Positions 60,384-64,000 of a stretch of 64,000 nucleotides of DNA are shown here, piece after piece. The notes beneath the pieces are model-generated. The model ran no database searches. It was not told where the DNA came from and saw only the letters and a program-made list of their open reading frames with translations. The stretch's first letter is position 1; each line of letters begins with the position of its first letter. Source of the DNA: Thermoproteota archaeon (GTDB taxonomy: Archaea; Thermoproteota; Methanomethylicia; Methanomethylicales; Methanomethylicaceae); contig JARXPF010000001.1 in NCBI GenBank assembly GCA_029887765.1, positions 64,488 through 128,487 on the forward strand. The letters run 5' to 3'. The position numbers were made by a program, and so were the translations under genes.

Positions 60384-61169
60384 CTATATTCCTTTAATTT
60401 TATTTGGATTAAAACCTGCTTCTGTTCTTAACATATGAATTCTTTGTATAAACTGAATTAATTCATTATCCGTTCTAAAACTTATACCATCAACTCTGAA
60501 TTCACTTGTCCTTTTTCTTAATTCTTCTTCAGGCATAGGCTTTCCTAATGAAATTGGTTTATCTAAAGGTACGCCTACTTGATCCTTAATATATATTACT
60601 TCACCAGTAGTTTTATCATATTGATATCTTCGTAATGCATCAAACATTAGTCCATTTTCATCTAATCTTAAAGCATGCCCATGTACTGTAGCTCCTCTAA
60701 TTCCCACTCTTGCTGGATCAAAGACTTCAGTTTCAATAAGTTCTTTTGCTACTTTTTCTAAATCACGTTCTCTTGCTTCTAATGGTACTCTACCAGAGAG
60801 AACTCCAATATCTACTCCACGATATCTATAATGCCCCATCCATGCTCTCATGTATGGTGTCAATGGAGCGAAGTATACTGAGTCTGTAAATTGAACATAT
60901 CGAATTCTATCTCCTGCTTTTGCACCTGGTGTAGGTTCAACTAATTGTCTAATTGGACAATCTGGCTCTCCCATTTCTTCAAGAGGTGGATGAACACTTT
61001 TATAAGCTTCTCCTGGAGCTCTATGACCTAATATTCTAACTAAATCCTCATCACTTATTGATCTTAGTTTTTCCAATTTATAATTTGGATTAATATACTT
61101 TCTTCTATTAGCAGCTATAGCTGAAGATCCAGGATAATATTGAGGAGTATATTCTACCAATTCACACAC
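60384..61169 (-). CDS. mcrG: Methyl-coenzyme M reductase gamma subunit
   Basis: 261 aa, McrG length. 'HYRYRGVD', '[10 protein letters not shown]'. Located between mcrB and mcrA. Confidence 0.85.
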   Translation of the reverse strand: MCELVEYTPQYYPGSSAIAANRRKYINPNYKLEKLRSISDEDLVRILGHRAPGEAYKSVHPPLEEMGEPDCPIRQLVEPTPGAKAGDRIRYVQFTDSVYFAPLTPYMRAWMGHYRYRGVDIGVLSGRVPLEARERDLEKVAKELIETEVFDPARVGIRGATVHGHALRLDENGLMFDALRRYQYDKTTGEVIYIKDQVGVPLDKPISLGKPMPEEELRKRTSEFRVDGISFRTDNELIQFIQRIHMLRTEAGFNPNKIKGI

Positions 61170-62496
61170 CTCCTTTTATAGAAACTGCAGCTTCATTTAC
61201 ATAACGCAATGGTTCTCTCAACTCAGGAACTTCACTTAAAACTTCTCCAACTATTCCACTAATTTTTTCTGGAGTGTATATAGTAGTTCCAGCATCCAAA
61301 GCTACAGCTGCAGCTACACATGGTATGGCAAAACCTTTACTATGTCTTGTAACTATGTGATTTCCATGGAATACTGCAGGATTTCCTCCTCCATAAATTG
61401 AGTGGCTAAAGAAGGCCATTTCTACACCAGTTCCTGCAACTCTTCCAAAATCAACACCAGGTAGACCTGTCTCTCTTTCAATTAAATCATTAAAGTATAT
61501 TAAAACAGAGGGCACATGTTGCATTGCTCTAGCTGCACCACATGTAACCATAGTTGCAGCCAATAATCCTGCAGCAGCATATGCATTCCACTTACTCACA
61601 TCATCTGTAGTATACAGAGTATATCCAGAAGGCATTTTACTTAATGGTCTTATTACACCATCTTCTAATGCTCTTTTAACAGTAGAAATTACCACACTTC
61701 CAAGAGTTCCATCTTTTCCATTTTCTTTTACAAGATCATAAACTAAATTATTAGCATTTAATCCTTGATATGCTAATCCTAATAGATGGTATCTTTCAAA
61801 GTTTCCAATTGCATCTCCCATTTCAAACATAGCAGTTTGCTCTAATATAGTAGCAAGTGCTGCAGCATTCATAGCATTCCTTTTTGTTATAAGTGCAATA
61901 TGAGCACATGGAATATTTCTTAATGCATAACCCATACCTTCATTTTGCTGAGGAACTGCTAATAAAGAAGAAACATTTCCTCCTAACATATCCATAGTTT
62001 GAGGATATCTACCCCAAACTGCAGTGTGTACAAGATCAGCATCCCATATGCTTACATTGAATTTTTCAATTATTGTACAACATAAAGCAGCAGCAACAGC
62101 TGTTACACCTGTTGTATATTCAACCCCTGCATCTAATCTTTTCCTTGGTACTTTGACAAGTAAATATTTTCCTCCTTTTATTGCTTTAACTTCTGTATCA
62201 TCATTTGGATCAACTTGAAGACATTTTTTCAAATCCTCTGCAATACTTTCTGCATTTTTGACTAAATCAAGTTTTAGAGATCTTCCCCTTATTATACAGA
62301 ATTTTCCTCCAACTTCACCAATGGCTAAAGCCTTCTCTATACCTTCTAAATTTACTGCAACAAATTGCTTTATATTATTAATTATTTTTTGTATTGCTGG
62401 ATTCTTTAGAGGACTTATAGCTTCTATTGGTATATTAGTATCAAAAAGTCTACCACGGTCGTCATATAGGTCGATTTTATCTGAATATTTTGCCAT
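61162..62496 (-). CDS. mcrB: Methyl-coenzyme M reductase beta subunit
   Basis: 444 aa. N-terminus '[15 protein letters not shown]' matches the canonical McrB start. SD 'gaggatgggg' about 10 nt upstream. Confidence 0.85.
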   Translation of the reverse strand: MAKYSDKIDLYDDRGRLFDTNIPIEAISPLKNPAIQKIINNIKQFVAVNLEGIEKALAIGEVGGKFCIIRGRSLKLDLVKNAESIAEDLKKCLQVDPNDDTEVKAIKGGKYLLVKVPRKRLDAGVEYTTGVTAVAAALCCTIIEKFNVSIWDADLVHTAVWGRYPQTMDMLGGNVSSLLAVPQQNEGMGYALRNIPCAHIALITKRNAMNAAALATILEQTAMFEMGDAIGNFERYHLLGLAYQGLNANNLVYDLVKENGKDGTLGSVVISTVKRALEDGVIRPLSKMPSGYTLYTTDDVSKWNAYAAAGLLAATMVTCGAARAMQHVPSVLIYFNDLIERETGLPGVDFGRVAGTGVEMAFFSHSIYGGGNPAVFHGNHIVTRHSKGFAIPCVAAAVALDAGTTIYTPEKISGIVGEVLSEVPELREPLRYVNEAAVSIKGGV

Positions 62497-62593
62497 AAAT
62501 TTTCATCCCCATCCTCATTCTTTATCCAAAATAATAATAAATCTTAAGAGGTATTTAAGAATATTTACTAATAACAATTCTAGTTAAATTTTA

Positions 62594-63163
62594 TTATGAA
62601 GATTGTTGTGAAAGTATTTTATCTACAAGTATATCAATCGATTCTAATACGTTCTCTTCACCAACTTTTATAGAAACTATGGGCACTTTTATGAATTTTT
62701 CAATTATACTTGCAACAATAGGTGCACAAACAATTCCATGAACTTTATCTTGTGTAGCTTTTATTGCATTAATAATTGCATCTTCAATAGTTGCTACTGG
62801 ATATTCTTTAATTAGAACTTTTTTACCTTTAATAATTATTTGATGCTTTGAAAGAGTATCTAAACAAACCCTCGCAGCTATTACACCAATAACTATATCA
62901 GAAGAAGGATTTTCTAATGATTTAAAATAATTAATTATAGCTCTGAATGTAGAAACTCTCAAATCTCTTGCTTCACTTATTATTTTATTTAATGTACTAA
63001 TTGGTATTCCACATCCTTGACTTAATTCTTTTAATGAAATTTTCCTTCGCTTCATAATTGAACGTAAAGTTGAGGAAAATGCTTCATTAGAAATTAAAAG
63101 AGCTTCCATGAGTTCTTCATATGAACTTTTTTCTATCATATATTCACCCCCATATCTCTTCAT
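62594..63163 (-). CDS. HTH-type transcriptional regulator with C-terminal domain of unknown function
   Basis: 189 aa. 'ISLKELSQGCGIPISTLNKIISE' HTH. Start overlaps the stop of the ABC ATPase upstream. Confidence 0.4.
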   Translation of the reverse strand: MKRYGGEYMIEKSSYEELMEALLISNEAFSSTLRSIMKRRKISLKELSQGCGIPISTLNKIISEARDLRVSTFRAIINYFKSLENPSSDIVIGVIAARVCLDTLSKHQIIIKGKKVLIKEYPVATIEDAIINAIKATQDKVHGIVCAPIVASIIEKFIKVPIVSIKVGEENVLESIDILVDKILSQQSS

Positions 63164-63911
63164 GAAACATTTTCAATATTTTCTCTCTATAAGAAATGAA
63201 TGGAGGGCTTAATCTATCTCTTGGATATGGTAAATCTATTTTTATTATTGCTTTAGTTTTACTAGGACGTTTTGTTAAAATAATAACTCTTTGAGCTAAA
63301 AAAACTGCTTCTTCTACATTATGTGTTATAAATATTACAGTCTTATTTAATCCAGACCATATCCTAAGAAGCTCTTTTTGCATAAAAGATCTAGTTTGAG
63401 CATCAAGATCTGCAAAAGGTTCATCCATTAATATTAAATCTGGATCTATTGCTAAAGCTCTAGCAATTGCCACTCTTTTCTTCATTCCTCCTGATAATTG
63501 ATGAGGATAATACTTCTCAAAACCTTTTAGTCCAACTAAATCAATATATTTTTCAGCAATTCTAATAGCTTCTTTTTCATTTATCCCCTTTATCTCTAAT
63601 CCAAATTTTACATTATCAATAACATTTCTCCAAGGCATTAATGAGTCTTCTTGAAATATAACGCCAAATTTATGAATATTAGGATTAGGAGGTACACCTC
63701 TTATAAGAATTCTACCTGAAGTTGGAAAATCTAGTCCACATATCATTTTTAATAAAGTAGTTTTTCCACAACCTGAAGGACCTACAATACATAAAAATTC
63801 ACCTTTACTAACATTAAAAGAAAGACCATTTATTACTTCTAAATTTTGAGAATTTTGCTTAAATATTTTAGTAACTGAATCTATGATAATTTCATCTTCC
63901 AATAAAATCAC
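63144..63911 (-). CDS. ABC transporter ATP-binding protein (NitT/TauT nitrate/sulfonate/bicarbonate-type)
   Basis: Walker A 'GPSGCGKTTL', signature 'LSGGMKKRVAIARAL', Walker B 'ILMDEPF'. GTG start at 63909-63911. Confidence 0.75.
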   Translation of the reverse strand: MILLEDEIIIDSVTKIFKQNSQNLEVINGLSFNVSKGEFLCIVGPSGCGKTTLLKMICGLDFPTSGRILIRGVPPNPNIHKFGVIFQEDSLMPWRNVIDNVKFGLEIKGINEKEAIRIAEKYIDLVGLKGFEKYYPHQLSGGMKKRVAIARALAIDPDLILMDEPFADLDAQTRSFMQKELLRIWSGLNKTVIFITHNVEEAVFLAQRVIILTKRPSKTKAIIKIDLPYPRDRLSPPFISYREKILKMFHEEIWG

Positions 63912-64000
63912 CTATGTAGTTATTTCAACTCTCCATTTAAACATTCTTTTTTCTAAAGAAAGTATTATATAATTAATACATAAACCTATAATTCCTATAG
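63912..64000 (-). CDS. 3' end of an upstream ABC permease gene (partial; window edge)
   Basis: The minus-strand frame is open to the window edge and ends '...IGIIGLCINYIILSLEKRMFKWRVEITT*' at 63912-63914, abutting the ATPase GTG. Confidence 0.3.
   Translation of the reverse strand, partial: IGIIGLCINYIILSLEKRMFKWRVEITT

Noticed and set aside
937-62587. Many 60-160-aa ORFs in the track that lie antisense or out of frame inside larger confident genes (937..1200, 1282..1494, 2331..2528, 3695..3985, 6254..6517, 7407..7595, 8759..9007, 10700..10948, 11027..11257, 12740..12931, 14287..14574, 15116..15412, 19771..19989, 23100..23399, 24044..24307, 24818..25009, 25366..25563, 26503..26724, 26971..27189, 29270..29455, 31487..31702, 31684..32058, 32353..32568, 33527..33739, 34893..35231, 40514..41005, 45812..46099, 46484..46669, 50959..51171, 51267..51455, 51701..52012, 53127..53336, 55254..55580, 56105..56578, 57503..57721, 60147..60329, 62024..62218, 62258..62587)
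   Set aside because: Each is fully embedded in a longer ORF with recognisable protein-family motifs. Their translations are low-complexity (runs of L/F/S/I/K typical of antisense AT-rich coding DNA). Treated as spurious.
1-64000. Search for tRNA, rRNA and CRISPR arrays
   Set aside because: No GC-rich 70-90-nt islands resembling tRNAs in any intergenic gap. No rRNA-like segment. No regularly spaced direct repeats with unique spacers. The only tandem repeat (1517-1606) has two units and no spacers, so it is not a CRISPR.

Overview
Gene-dense, AT-rich (roughly 30% GC) archaeal chromosomal segment coding on both strands. Several starts are TTG/GTG with GGAGG-like ribosome-binding sites. No rRNA, tRNA, CRISPR array or obvious mobile element was found by eye. 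The window comes from a methyl-coenzyme M reductase (Mcr) lineage. The 3' end carries a compact mcrB-mcrG-mcrA operon (minus strand, 58.7-62.5 kb) with no mcrD/mcrC inside it. An uncharacterized 195-aa gene follows mcrA directly. Convergent to that operon lies an Mcr maturation/activation neighbourhood: an Mmp15-like ATPase, the YcaO-TfuA thioglycine pair, a twin-ABC component-A2-like ATPase and a PurM-like protein. A second Mcr-associated island sits at 36.3-45.2 kb. It holds an mcrD-like gene, mcrC and a 145-aa gene divergent from Mmp3-like, Mmp6-like, an open frame with no canonical start, an McrC-paralog (Mmp7-like), a second A2-like twin ABC ATPase and a RACo-type 2Fe-2S-ferredoxin/ASKHA-ATPase reductive activase. 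The rest is mostly housekeeping and energy metabolism. It includes two URO-D-family methylcobamide:CoM methyltransferase-like genes, one paired with a corrinoid protein but with no MT1 subunit gene in the window. It also includes a GlcD-like FAD oxidase with an HdrD-like CCG-domain partner, tungsten-type aldehyde:ferredoxin oxidoreductase with a MoaD-like gene, a CstA transporter, acetyl-CoA synthetase, HMG-CoA reductase, GlyRS, IlvE, AhcY, TIM, NadE, ThiDN plus a ThiR-like HTH-ThiN regulator, tRNA-splicing endonuclease, agmatinase and an unlisted rpoP. Non-coding structure worth noting: a 45-bp tandem duplication carrying a perfect palindrome in a divergent promoter region, a GTGATT-N5-AATCAC palindrome between thiDN and the thiR-like gene, and two genes whose conserved N-terminal parts lie upstream of any ATG/GTG/TTG (candidate ATT/ATA initiation or frameshift). 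All functional calls come from motif and architecture recognition by eye; no database search was run.
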